A DNA stretch of 64,000 nt from an uncultured Pelagibacteraceae bacterium. GTDB taxonomy: Bacteria > Pseudomonadota > Alphaproteobacteria > Pelagibacterales > Pelagibacteraceae. Positions 1 through 10,088 of this stretch are shown here, piece after piece. A program made the translations under genes and the position numbers. The stretch's first letter is position 1; the number at the start of each line of letters is the position of its first letter. The notes beneath the pieces are model-generated. The model saw only the letters and a program-made list of their open reading frames with translations, was not told the origin of the DNA and made no database searches. The stretch lies in the NCBI GenBank assembly GCA_902595635.1, contig CACJQT010000001.1, positions 74,438 to 138,437 of the forward strand, written 5' to 3'.

Positions 1-532
1 AAACTTTAACTACTTTATTTACAGGGACAACAACTACATTATCTGTTGCTAACAATCTTGGCTGTCCTTCTTTTAAATCTTTCTCTTCGATCATGTAAGC
101 ATCAAAAATTATATTTTCATCTGGATACTCGTATCCCCAATACCATTGGTATCCGATTGCTTTTATAGTTACATCAGCTTTAGGAATTGCATCTTGTGAA
201 TATAAAACTTTAAATGACGGCACTGCCATCACAATCAAAATTAAACATGGAACTAATGTCCAAACAATCTCAACTAAAACATTATGTGTTCTTTTAGATG
301 GATTAGGATTTCTCGACGCTCTAAATCTCACCATCACATAAAGCATTAAAAATAAAACAAACGCACTTATAGCAACTATGATTGGTACTAACATATAGTC
401 GTGAAACCAAACTATATCTCTCATAGTTTGTGATGCTGGTTCTTGGAAACCTAATTGCCAATTTTTTGGTTGGTTTGCAAGCGCCTCAGCTGAGTAAATT
501 AATGCTATAAAAACAAAAAATAGTTTTTTCAT
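1..532 (-). CDS. coxB: Cytochrome c oxidase subunit II, 5' part (runs off the window start)
   Basis: Manual translation from ATG at 532: MKKLFFVFIALIYSAEALANQPKNWQLGFQEPAS...HNVLVEIVWTLVP...KAIGYQWYWGYEY...PRLLATDNVVVVPV; typical COX2 motifs. Confidence 0.95.
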   Translation of the reverse strand, partial: MKKLFFVFIALIYSAEALANQPKNWQLGFQEPASQTMRDIVWFHDYMLVPIIVAISAFVLFLMLYVMVRFRASRNPNPSKRTHNVLVEIVWTLVPCLILIVMAVPSFKVLYSQDAIPKADVTIKAIGYQWYWGYEYPDENIIFDAYMIEEKDLKEGQPRLLATDNVVVVPVNKVVKV

Positions 533-556
533 TTGTTTTCTATATAGATCGAAAAT

Positions 557-590
557 ATTATAAAAAATACTAGAGAATTCGCGACAATTT
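557..590 (-). promoter_or_regulatory. Putative coxB promoter: perfect TATAAT -10, with a GCGAC (RegA/PrrA-like) half-site at the -35 position
   Basis: Minus-strand TATAAT at 557-562; GCGACAATTT at 581-590 stands out as GC-rich in an AT-rich spacer. Confidence 0.4.
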
Positions 591-591
591 A

Positions 592-1290
592 TCAATTTAG
601 TAAATAATTGATCACAGATAACGCGGATATAACTGCAGTTTCAGACCTCAAAATGTTATCGCTTAGTTTTATCGATTGAGACCCTTTAAAGTTTAGAATC
701 TTTTTAATTTCATCTGCTGAATAATCCCCTTCAGGACCAATTAAAAGGCAATTTGGTTTTGAATTAGAAATTTTAATTTTTTTATTATTCGTATTTAAAT
801 CTCCAAAAATTAAATTTATATCAGGATTGTTAGACAAGAATTTATCTAATGATTGAGATTTATCAACTGAAGGAATATTTATTCTATTACTTTGTTCGCA
901 CGACTCTATAATTATTTTATTTAATCTCTCATTATTTACCTTTCTAACAATTGTCCTTTCAGAAATAATTGGAACAAATTTTGTTACTCCAAGCTCAGTT
1001 GCTTTTTGTATCATGAAGTTAAAATAATTTGATTTAATGGGTGAGAAAGCTAACCAAATTTCTTGCTCTTTATCTTTTTGTCTCAATTGTTCAACAACCT
1101 TGAAATTTAAACTAGTTTTTGAAATTTCAGTTACAATTGACTTCCATTCCCCAGATTTATTAAAAACAGAAAAGGTCTCTCCTAGTTTAATCCTCATTAC
1201 TTTTAATAAATAATGTGATTGAGACTTATTTAAATTAGTTTCTAAATTAATTGATAATTTTTCTGGATAAAATATTCTAATATTACTCAT
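592..1290 (-). CDS. rsmE: 16S rRNA m3U1498 methyltransferase
   Basis: HYLLKVMR, QKATELGV, IGPEGD and ILRSETA motifs. Confidence 0.95.
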   Translation of the reverse strand: MSNIRIFYPEKLSINLETNLNKSQSHYLLKVMRIKLGETFSVFNKSGEWKSIVTEISKTSLNFKVVEQLRQKDKEQEIWLAFSPIKSNYFNFMIQKATELGVTKFVPIISERTIVRKVNNERLNKIIIESCEQSNRINIPSVDKSQSLDKFLSNNPDINLIFGDLNTNNKKIKISNSKPNCLLIGPEGDYSADEIKKILNFKGSQSIKLSDNILRSETAVISALSVINYLLN

Positions 1291-1307
1291 TATATTTAAA
1301 TTAATTT

Positions 1308-1970
1308 ATGAAAAATGTTAAAGCAATCATATTTGATGCATACGGAACTCTATTTGATGTTAATTCTGCCGCCGAAAAATGCAAAGAAAGATTGGGCGAT
1401 AAATGGGAGGGATTTGCTAATTATTGGAGAACTACTCAGCTTGAATATACTTGGCTTAGAAGTTTAATGAGAAGACATAAGAATTTTTGGCAAATCACTG
1501 AAGATAGTTTGGATAAATCTATGAATTTTTACAATATTGATAATTCAATGAGAACAGAACTATTAAATTTATATAAAGTGCTTTCACCTTTTACAGAAGT
1601 AAATGATGCGCTAAAAAAATTAAAACAATCAAATTATAAATTAGCAATTCTATCAAATGGTACACCTGACCTTTTAAATGAACTTGTAGTTAGCAATCAA
1701 TTAAAAGATATTTTTGATGATATTTTTTCTGTAGAAGAAGTTGGTATTTTTAAACCTGACTCAAAAGTTTACGACCTTCCAATAAACAAATATAAAATTG
1801 AAAAGAACGAAGTTTTATTCTTAAGTGCAAATACATGGGATGTATCTGGTGCAGGAAATTATGGATACAACACTGTTTGGGTGAATAGAAATAATAATAT
1901 TTTTGATAAATTAGATTTTGAACCTAACCAACAAATAAGTAATTTATCAGAATTGCTTGATTTAATTTAG
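1308..1970 (+). CDS. Haloacid dehalogenase type II (L-2-haloacid dehalogenase family)
   Basis: FDAYGTLFD, WRTTQLEY, ILSNG, FKPD and SANTWDVSGA motifs. Confidence 0.9.
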   Translation: MKNVKAIIFDAYGTLFDVNSAAEKCKERLGDKWEGFANYWRTTQLEYTWLRSLMRRHKNFWQITEDSLDKSMNFYNIDNSMRTELLNLYKVLSPFTEVNDALKKLKQSNYKLAILSNGTPDLLNELVVSNQLKDIFDDIFSVEEVGIFKPDSKVYDLPINKYKIEKNEVLFLSANTWDVSGAGNYGYNTVWVNRNNNIFDKLDFEPNQQISNLSELLDLI

Positions 1971-1981
1971 ATATATCCTAT

Positions 1982-2827
1982 ATGAAGAATATGACAAATA
2001 TCGAAGTAGAAAAAATTATAGATCCAACACCAGCATCAGATGGTGCCGGAGTTAAATTAAAAAGAAGTATTGGTGTTGAACCAAATTATTATGATCCATT
2101 TTTAATGTTAGATGAATTTGGATCAGAAAATAAAGATGATTATATCGCAGGCTTTCCTCCTCATCCACACAGAGGAATTGAAACAGTTACATACATGTTG
2201 GCTGGGAGTTTTGAACATAAAGATAGTACAGGTGGTCAAGGAAAAATGACTGCAGGAGATGTGCAGTGGATGAAAACTGGCAGTGGAATAATTCATTCCG
2301 AAATGCCAGCTATGAATGATGGAAAACTTCATGGTTTTCAATTATGGATTAATATGCCTGCTAGCGAAAAAATGAGCAAACCAGAATATCATTATATTGA
2401 CTCTGATAAAATGAGCACACATAAGGACGAAGATAAATTTATAAAAGTAATAGCAGGAAAGTTTGAAAATTCAGAAGGTCCAATAAAAAAACACAATGTC
2501 GATCCAATTTATTTTGATGTAGAATTAAATGAAAGTAAAATTTTTAATTATAAAGTTCCATCCTCACACAATTCATTCATATATTTAATTGAAGGTGAAA
2601 TAGAAATTGGAAACAATAAACATGAAAGTGTTAAAGACTCTACATTAATTTTATTATCTAAAGGTGAAAACTTGAAAGTAACTGCTTTAACAAACGCTAA
2701 ATTTTTACTAATATCTGGAAAACCAATAGGAGAACAGATTGCTAGAGGTGGCCCATTCGTCATGAATACCAAACAAGAAATACTTCAAGCAATTGATGAT
2801 TACCATAATGGTAATTTCGTAAAGTAA
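1982..2827 (+). CDS. Pirin family protein
   Basis: DPFLMLD, FPPHPHRGIETVTY, GIIHSE, GFQLWIN and GPFVMN motifs. Confidence 0.95.
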   Translation: MKNMTNIEVEKIIDPTPASDGAGVKLKRSIGVEPNYYDPFLMLDEFGSENKDDYIAGFPPHPHRGIETVTYMLAGSFEHKDSTGGQGKMTAGDVQWMKTGSGIIHSEMPAMNDGKLHGFQLWINMPASEKMSKPEYHYIDSDKMSTHKDEDKFIKVIAGKFENSEGPIKKHNVDPIYFDVELNESKIFNYKVPSSHNSFIYLIEGEIEIGNNKHESVKDSTLILLSKGENLKVTALTNAKFLLISGKPIGEQIARGGPFVMNTKQEILQAIDDYHNGNFVK

Positions 2828-2829
2828 AT

Positions 2830-3801
2830 ATGAAAGCTATAAGATTTGAAAAGTTTGGAGGTCCAGAAGTCTTAGAATACAAGGATATTGAAATTAGCAA
2901 ACCTGGTCCAAAGGAAGTTCTTGTTAAAAATTTGTCAGTTGGACTTAATTATATTGATGTTTACCATCGAACAGGTTTGTATCCGATTGAATTACCAAGT
3001 GGACTTGGATTAGAAGCATCCGGAGTGGTTGAAGAGATTGGATCAGAAGTAAGTCTTTTTAAAGTTGGAGATCGAGTAAGTCATGCATCTGCTCCAATAA
3101 ATGGATACTCAGAAAAACAAATAATGCCAGAAGAAAAATTAGTTACGGTACCTGAGGGTATTTCAGATGAAATAGCATCTTGTATTTTATTAAAAGGTAT
3201 AACATCAGAATATTTATTACATAGGTCATATGCTGTTAAAAAAGGAGATAAAGTTTTGTTTCACGCTGCAGCTGGTGGTGTTGGTCAGATATTGTGCCAA
3301 TGGGCTAATGCTTTAGGATGTGAAGTCATCGGAACAGTTGGATCTAAAGAAAAAGTTGAAATAGCAAAAAAAAATGGGTGTCATCATGTTATCAATTATA
3401 CAGATCATAATTTTGTGGAAGAAGTTGAAAAAATAGTTGGCAAAAATGGAATAGACGTTGTCTACGATGGCGTGGGAGCAAAGACTTTTGAAGGATCAAT
3501 AGAATGTTTAAAAATTAGAGGGATGATGGTAGCATTTGGAAATGCATCTGGATATGTTCACACTATAGATGTCAAAAAACATATAAATACAAAAGGTCTT
3601 TTTTTTACAAGACCATCAATAATGCATTATACAATTACAAGAGATGAATTAGAAAAATCTGCTGAATTAGTTTTTGATGCAGTTCTCTCAGGTAAAATAA
3701 AAATTAAAGTTTCTAAAAAATATAAATTAAGTGAAGCTAAACAAGCTCACATAGATTTAGAGAATAGGGTTTTAACAGGACCGGCAGTTATTATTCCTTA
3801 A
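2830..3801 (+). CDS. qor: NADPH:quinone oxidoreductase (zeta-crystallin/MDR family)
   Basis: GGPEVL, GLNYIDVYHRTGLY, HAAAGGVG and VVYDGVG motifs. Confidence 0.9.
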   Translation: MKAIRFEKFGGPEVLEYKDIEISKPGPKEVLVKNLSVGLNYIDVYHRTGLYPIELPSGLGLEASGVVEEIGSEVSLFKVGDRVSHASAPINGYSEKQIMPEEKLVTVPEGISDEIASCILLKGITSEYLLHRSYAVKKGDKVLFHAAAGGVGQILCQWANALGCEVIGTVGSKEKVEIAKKNGCHHVINYTDHNFVEEVEKIVGKNGIDVVYDGVGAKTFEGSIECLKIRGMMVAFGNASGYVHTIDVKKHINTKGLFFTRPSIMHYTITRDELEKSAELVFDAVLSGKIKIKVSKKYKLSEAKQAHIDLENRVLTGPAVIIP

Positions 3802-4198
3802 ATTGATCATCCATATCTGAAAGATGAAGTCTTAACGCTCTAGTCGAGATTTGTATTTCTCTTATGAAAAATATTATTGAAACCATCATCGATAAACAAC
3901 AAGAGCCAAAAATTATTCTAGCTAAAAAATATGTCTCTAAATAAAGAGCAAAAACAGTAAGCATATTAAATAAGAAACCAAATGCTGCAAAAAGTATAGT
4001 AATCCTTAAATTTTTTACTCTATCATTTAAATTAATTAGCTGCTGCTTCCACTCTGGAGGAGTATGCTTTTCAAAAACATATTCATCGTGTATTTTTCTA
4101 ATCAAACCACTTAATGTATGAAATCTATTACTATAGACAGCCATTATTAAAGGAATAGCGGGAAACATTAATGCTGTAACAGTGTAATCAATATTCAT
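3791..4198 (-). CDS. DUF2721-like membrane protein
   Basis: PAIPL..AVYSNRF N-terminus, hydrophobic helices, EIQIS..AL C-terminus. Confidence 0.75.
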   Translation of the reverse strand: MNIDYTVTALMFPAIPLIMAVYSNRFHTLSGLIRKIHDEYVFEKHTPPEWKQQLINLNDRVKNLRITILFAAFGFLFNMLTVFALYLETYFLARIIFGSCCLSMMVSIIFFIREIQISTRALRLHLSDMDDQFKE

Positions 4199-4247
4199 GC
4201 GAATCAGTTTGATTATGAATCTACGCTTTGTTATTTACAAGTAAATT

Positions 4248-5117
4248 ATGTCTGAAAAGATTAAAATTTTCATTGAATTAACAAGACTTAACAAACCAAT
4301 TGGTTTCATGCTTCTATTTTGGCCATGCGTTTGGGGTTTAACAATTTCATATGATTTTTCTCTTTCTTTAAATACTTATTTTACTTATGCTTTTTTATTT
4401 TTTTCTGGATCTGTTCTAATGAGATCGGCAGGATGTATTGTTAACGATATAAGTGATAGAAAAATTGATAAGTTAGTCGAAAGAACAAAAAATAGACCAA
4501 TCGCATCAGAAAAAATTTCAGTATTTAATTCAGCAATATATGCCACAGTTTTATGTTTAATCGCGTTTTTAGTTTTAATAAATTTTAATAAATTTACTAT
4601 TTATATGGCTCTTCTTTCAATGCCATTAGCATTTACATATCCATTGATGAAAAGATTTACTTACTGGCCTCAACTTTTTTTAGGTATTACCTTTAATTAT
4701 GGTCTAGTTTTGGCATGGATATCCATTCAAAATGAAGTTTCTATAATACCAATTATATTTTATTTAGGAGCCACATTTTGGACATTAGGTTACGACACAA
4801 TATATGGATATCAAGATATTAATGATGATGAAATAATTGGAGTCAAATCAACATCGATTAAATTTAAAAATAACCCAAAAAAATTTATATCGTTTTGTTA
4901 CATTATATTTTTAATATCATTGTTTCTTGTTGGATATAAAATGAATTTTAATTATTTATATTACATAGCTTTAATAGTGCCTTTAATTCATCTGTTAATT
5001 TTTCAATCTCTTAAATTAAAAACTGAAAGTGGGAATGACTGCTTAGCAAAATTTAAGAGCAATAATTTTTTGGGTCTTATTATATTAATAATTTTGTTAG
5101 TAGGAAAATTAACTTAA
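4248..5117 (+). CDS. ubiA: 4-hydroxybenzoate polyprenyltransferase
   Basis: RLNKPIG.MLL.WP, RSAGC..ND..DR.ID..VERT..RP and YDTIYGYQD motifs. Confidence 0.95.
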   Translation: MSEKIKIFIELTRLNKPIGFMLLFWPCVWGLTISYDFSLSLNTYFTYAFLFFSGSVLMRSAGCIVNDISDRKIDKLVERTKNRPIASEKISVFNSAIYATVLCLIAFLVLINFNKFTIYMALLSMPLAFTYPLMKRFTYWPQLFLGITFNYGLVLAWISIQNEVSIIPIIFYLGATFWTLGYDTIYGYQDINDDEIIGVKSTSIKFKNNPKKFISFCYIIFLISLFLVGYKMNFNYLYYIALIVPLIHLLIFQSLKLKTESGNDCLAKFKSNNFLGLIILIILLVGKLT

Positions 5118-6859
5118 TGAAAAATATCGATATTGTAAAAAGATTGTATAGTGATTATACATCAAAATATCTCAACAATATAATTCTTGCTATATTTTTT
5201 TCGATTTTAGTCGCCGGTGCCACATCTGCAACGGCATGGTTACTTGATCCTGCAATAGAAAAAATTTTTATAAATAAAGATGAAACTTTAATCTTTATAA
5301 TACCACTTTTAATCATAATAGCCTTTGCTACAAAAGGAATATCTTTATATTTGGCAAAGATTTTGATGATAAAAACGGCCGAGGAAGTAAAAAAGAATAT
5401 TCAAATTGATATGCTATCTTCTTTTATAAAGTCTGATACTGAAAAAATTGAAGATAAACATTCAGGAAAATACATTTCAAATTTAAACTTCGATGTAAAT
5501 CAAATAACCGGAATGTTAAGTAACGCGGTTTTAAACTTATTTAAAGATGGATTAACACTTATTGGTTTATTATTTGTAATGTTCTTTCAAAATTGGAAAC
5601 TTTCTCTTATAGCTTTGTTAATGCTTCCTATAGCATCAATTACTGCTAAAAAGTTAGGTAAACGTGTTGTAAAAGTTGCAACAGAAGCACAAGAGAAATC
5701 TGGTGATTTAAATAAATATTTAATCGATCTTTTTAAAAACCATAAAATTATAAAAATTTTTCAAAGAGAAAAATATGAGAATGAAAGATCAGAAAAATTT
5801 GTAAATGACCTAAAAGAAAAAACAATAAAAATTCATAGTGTATTTATTAGGTCAACACCTATTATGGAAGTTGTAACTGGAATTATGATTGCAATATTAA
5901 TTTTTTATTCTGGTAAGTTAATTATGAATGATCAGCTGAGTATAAATAATTTCTTTTCTTTTTTAGCTGCAATGATGCTTGCATATCAACCAGTTAAATC
6001 CTTAGCCAATGTGAATGTTGCTTTTGGCCAAGGTTTATCTGCTGGAAAAAGAATACTACCCATTATAGATCAACAAAATACAATATTAGTTAATGAAAAT
6101 GGAGATTTATTAGAGATAAAAAATGCTTCTATAAAATTTGAAAACATTAACTTTAGTTACAAGTCAAACCTTAAAAATATTGTCCTTAAAAATATTAATA
6201 TCGATATAGTTGGAAAAAAAATGACAGCTTTGGTAGGCCACAGCGGATCAGGAAAATCTACAATATTAAATTTAATACCAAGAATTTATGATGCAGACTC
6301 TGGAGAAATTCTAATTGATAATCAAAAAGTACAAAACCTAAATCTTAAATCATTAAGGAAAGAAATATCTATTGTTGATCAAAATACAACACTTTTTGAT
6401 GATACTATTTTTAATAATATCAAATATGCCAAACCAGAGGCGAGTGACGAAGAAATTTTTACAGCTGCAAAAATATCAATGTGTACAGATTTTATAGAAA
6501 AATTAGAAAATAAATTTCAGACTGTTATTGGGGAAAATGGAGTAAAATTATCGGGTGGTGAAAAGCAAAGACTTTCGATTGCGAGAGCTTTGTTAAAAGA
6601 TAGCAAAATAATTCTTCTAGACGAAGCAACTTCATCTCTTGACTCTGAAACAGAAGAAAAAATACAAAAAGCTATTGAGGAATTAACAAAAAATAAAACA
6701 ACAGTTGTTATTGCTCATAGACTATCAACTATTCTTAATTCAGAAAAAATTTATGTTGTTGATAAAGGTTCTATAGAATCATCAGGGAAACATGATGATC
6801 TAATCAAAAATTCATTGCTTTATAAAAACTTCTACGAGAGACAAATAAAAAATAACTAA
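5117..6859 (+). CDS. msbA: Lipid A export ABC transporter (fused TMD-NBD), MsbA-like
   Basis: Transmembrane domain plus Walker A GHSGSGKST, LSGGEKQR, LLDEATS; lies in the lipid A operon. Confidence 0.8.
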   Translation: MKNIDIVKRLYSDYTSKYLNNIILAIFFSILVAGATSATAWLLDPAIEKIFINKDETLIFIIPLLIIIAFATKGISLYLAKILMIKTAEEVKKNIQIDMLSSFIKSDTEKIEDKHSGKYISNLNFDVNQITGMLSNAVLNLFKDGLTLIGLLFVMFFQNWKLSLIALLMLPIASITAKKLGKRVVKVATEAQEKSGDLNKYLIDLFKNHKIIKIFQREKYENERSEKFVNDLKEKTIKIHSVFIRSTPIMEVVTGIMIAILIFYSGKLIMNDQLSINNFFSFLAAMMLAYQPVKSLANVNVAFGQGLSAGKRILPIIDQQNTILVNENGDLLEIKNASIKFENINFSYKSNLKNIVLKNINIDIVGKKMTALVGHSGSGKSTILNLIPRIYDADSGEILIDNQKVQNLNLKSLRKEISIVDQNTTLFDDTIFNNIKYAKPEASDEEIFTAAKISMCTDFIEKLENKFQTVIGENGVKLSGGEKQRLSIARALLKDSKIILLDEATSSLDSETEEKIQKAIEELTKNKTTVVIAHRLSTILNSEKIYVVDKGSIESSGKHDDLIKNSLLYKNFYERQIKNN

Positions 6860-8088
6860 TGTATTTTTTGTATAATATATTAGGAATTATTTTTTTTTTA
6901 ATCTCTCCATTTATATTATTTTTAAGAATGATTAATGGAAAGGAAGATTGGAGAAGAATCTTAGAAAAATACGCTTATTATAATTTAAAAAAGACTGATA
7001 CAACTGTATGGTTTCATGGTGCAAGTGTTGGGGAAATCATGAGCATTCTTCCTTTGATAAATAAGTTTGAAAAAGACAAATCTATAAAAAAAATATTACT
7101 TACTTCATCTACTTTAAGTTCTGCATCAATAATTGCAAAGAAACCATTAAAGAAAACAACTCATATTTACTATCCATTTGATATTGGATTTATATGCAAT
7201 AACTTTTTAAATTATTGGGAACCAAAAATCGCAATATTTGTAGATTCTGAAATCTGGCCGAATATGTATGAAAAAATAAATTCAAAAAAAATACCTCTTA
7301 TTTTAATCAATGCTAGAATTACGAGTAAAAGTTTCAAAAGATGGCAAATCTTTTCATCTTTTGCAAAGAATGTTTTCAGTAAAATAACTATAGCTTTACC
7401 TCAAAATCAAGAAACGCGAAATTATTTAAAAAAATTGGGTGTTAAAAAAATTAAATTTATTGGAAATTTAAAGTATTTCAAAAATGATAAACAAAGTTTG
7501 AGGAAAAATGTTCAAAAATATTTTAAAAATAAAAAAATATTCTGTGCAGCTAGTACTCATTATAATGAGGAAAAAATTATTGGAAAATTACATTTAAAAT
7601 TGAAGAAAAAGTTTAAGAATTTAATTACAATATTGGTTCCGCGTCACATAAATAGATCAGAGGATATAAAGCAAGAACTTAGAAAATTAAAACTGATAGT
7701 TACCGAAAGATCAAGCGGACATAAACCGTCTGAAAATTGTGACGTATATATTGTTAATACATATGGAGAGATGTCAAAATTTTTAAGACTTTCGAATGTA
7801 ACGTTTATTGGTGGATCTTTAGTAAACCATGGAGGACAAAACCCATTAGAAGCTGTAAGAATGGGTAATTACGTGATGCATGGTAAAAAAGTAAATAATT
7901 TTAAAGAAATATATAAAGAATTAAAAAGATTAAAAATATCTTCAGAGATTAAAAATATAGATCAAATGGAAAAGGTATTTGTAAAAAATCATAATTACAA
8001 AATATCAAATAGTAAACTTAATAAGATTAATTATTTGGGTGCTAAAATTTTTGAAAATAACGTTAAAGAAATTAAAAATTATTTATAA
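6859..8088 (+). CDS. waaA: 3-deoxy-D-manno-octulosonic acid (Kdo) transferase
   Basis: WFHGASVGE, SEIWPN, AASTH..EE, VPRH and GGQNPLE motifs. Confidence 0.95.
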   Translation: MYFLYNILGIIFFLISPFILFLRMINGKEDWRRILEKYAYYNLKKTDTTVWFHGASVGEIMSILPLINKFEKDKSIKKILLTSSTLSSASIIAKKPLKKTTHIYYPFDIGFICNNFLNYWEPKIAIFVDSEIWPNMYEKINSKKIPLILINARITSKSFKRWQIFSSFAKNVFSKITIALPQNQETRNYLKKLGVKKIKFIGNLKYFKNDKQSLRKNVQKYFKNKKIFCAASTHYNEEKIIGKLHLKLKKKFKNLITILVPRHINRSEDIKQELRKLKLIVTERSSGHKPSENCDVYIVNTYGEMSKFLRLSNVTFIGGSLVNHGGQNPLEAVRMGNYVMHGKKVNNFKEIYKELKRLKISSEIKNIDQMEKVFVKNHNYKISNSKLNKINYLGAKIFENNVKEIKNYL

Positions 8089-9011
8089 TGAAAGTAAAAA
8101 GACCCATTTTTTGGGATAGTTTCAATTTTATATCATTATTACTCTTACCATTTAGTTTGATAACAATTATTTTTAATTTTTTTAAATCTTTAAGTCCAAA
8201 AAAATATTTCAAAATAAAAACAATCTGTGTTGGAAATATTTACTTAGGTGGAACTGGAAAAACACCTTTAGTTTTAAAAATAAATGATATGTTAAAATAT
8301 AAGTTTAAAACTGTGTTTATTAAAAAAAAATATATTGATCAAATTGATGAGCAAAATATTTTATCAAAATATGGAAATCTAATTTGTTTAAGTTTTAGAG
8401 ATATCGCGCTGAGAATTGCTGAGAGAAAAAAATACCAGTTAGCTATATTAGATGATGGTTTACAAGATAAAAGTTTAAATTATGATATTTCTATTACTTG
8501 TTTTAATAGTTCAGAGCTAGTTGGAAATGGGCTAGTTTTGCCTGCTGGGCCATTAAGGGAAAGAATTACGAATATTTTAAATTATGATCTTGCATTTCTT
8601 AATGGTGAAAAAAATAATAAAAGTTTCGAAAAAACTCTAAAGAAATTAAATCCAAATTTAAAAATATTTAGAGCTAAATACACTCCTAGAAATCTTGAGT
8701 CTTTTAAATTTAAAAATAACTTTCTAGTTTTTTCAGGCATAGGTAATCCTTTAGAATTTCAACAAACATTAAAAAAATATAATTTTAAGATAAAAAAAAT
8801 AATGACTTTTCCAGACCATTATAAATATAAAAACTCTGATATAAATAATATAAAAAAAATGGCTAAGAGTAATAAATTAAAAATTATAACAACCGAAAAA
8901 GACTACAATCGATTATCAAATATACAAAAAAAAAATATCCAATTTTTAAAAATAGGATTAAAAATTGAAAAAGAAAAAGAATTTAAAAATTTTTTATTAA
9001 AGAAATTATGA
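8088..9011 (+). CDS. lpxK: Tetraacyldisaccharide 4'-kinase
   Basis: CVGNIYLGGTGKTP, LDDGLQD, PAGPLRE, FPDH and TTEKD motifs. Confidence 0.95.
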   Translation: MKVKRPIFWDSFNFISLLLLPFSLITIIFNFFKSLSPKKYFKIKTICVGNIYLGGTGKTPLVLKINDMLKYKFKTVFIKKKYIDQIDEQNILSKYGNLICLSFRDIALRIAERKKYQLAILDDGLQDKSLNYDISITCFNSSELVGNGLVLPAGPLRERITNILNYDLAFLNGEKNNKSFEKTLKKLNPNLKIFRAKYTPRNLESFKFKNNFLVFSGIGNPLEFQQTLKKYNFKIKKIMTFPDHYKYKNSDINNIKKMAKSNKLKIITTEKDYNRLSNIQKKNIQFLKIGLKIEKEKEFKNFLLKKL

Positions 9012-9868
9012 GGAAGTTTTTTTATTAAATTGAATTTGTTTTAATAAAATTATTTTTTTTTATACTAATTATAATTGGTTATAAAAATGGATCTAATTTG
9101 GGAGATTTTATTGGACGCTTGTTTGGACCAATATTTAGATCAAAAAAATTAATTGAGAATAATTTGGAACAATCTGGCATTGTAGACAAAAAAAATTACA
9201 ATAAAATTATCACCAAAATATATGGAAATTATGGAAGAATACTTGCTGAATATCCTTTTCTTAAAGCATTTAGAAATAACAAATTAAATAAATATATTGA
9301 AATAGAGGGGCTTGAAAACCTAAACAAAATTAAGAGAGAAAAAAGACGAGCTGTATTTATATCTGGTCATTTCAATAATTTTGAATTAATGGCGCTCCAA
9401 ATTGAGAAAGCTGGTATAAATTTGTGCGCTATTTATAGACCGCTAAATAACATATTCCTTAACAAAACTATGGAAGAAATTAGAGAAAATTTTATATGCA
9501 AAAATCAAATTAAAAAAGGAAGATCAGGCACAAGACAGATTATTGAAAATATAAAGAAAGGTAACTCAGTAGCTCTAATGATAGACCAAAGAGTAAGAGA
9601 AGGTATAAAAATTAATTTTTTCGGTAAACCAGCTAGTACTACGACAATACCCGCACAATTAATTAAAAAATATAAATGTGATCTAGTGCCTATTTATATA
9701 GAGAGAAGAAAAAATAATTATTTTAAAATGTTTGTTTCAGAACCGATTAAAATCGGGAACAATAAATCAATCAAAGAAATCACTGAAAATCTAAATAAGA
9801 TACTTGAAAAAATGATTTTAAAAAATGTAGACCAATGGATCTGGACTCATGATAGGTGGAAAACATAA
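9008..9868 (+). CDS. lpxL: Lipid A late acyltransferase (LpxL/HtrB family); the natural ATG frame has a TAA at 9026-9028 (possible pseudogene or base-call error)
   Basis: GHFNNFE (HX4E), YRPLNN, MIDQ and QWIWTHDRWK motifs; ATG 9008 overlaps the lpxK stop and is in frame with the listed TTG 9098 ORF, but codon 7 is TAA. Confidence 0.85.
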
Positions 9869-10066
9869 TCAGATTTTATCTAATAAATCTCTTTTCATTG
9901 AGGCCTCAACATACGAAAAGTAGGCTTCCTGTTCTTCAACGTTCCAATAATTTAAGTTTTCAAGTGGTATTTTTTTTTGTGAGATAGCACAAATCACATG
10001 ATCACCATCTTCAATGATCTCAAAATTATTTGCTAAGTATTTTAATTTAGCTAACTTATTTAACAT
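9869..10066 (-). CDS. DUF2093 family small protein
   Basis: GDHVICAISQKKIPLENLNYWNVEEQEAY; usual neighbour of lpxK in Alphaproteobacteria; start could instead be 10081. Confidence 0.8.
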   Translation of the reverse strand: MLNKLAKLKYLANNFEIIEDGDHVICAISQKKIPLENLNYWNVEEQEAYFSYVEASMKRDLLDKI

Positions 10067-10088
10067 ATTTAAGATATACATTTACTAA

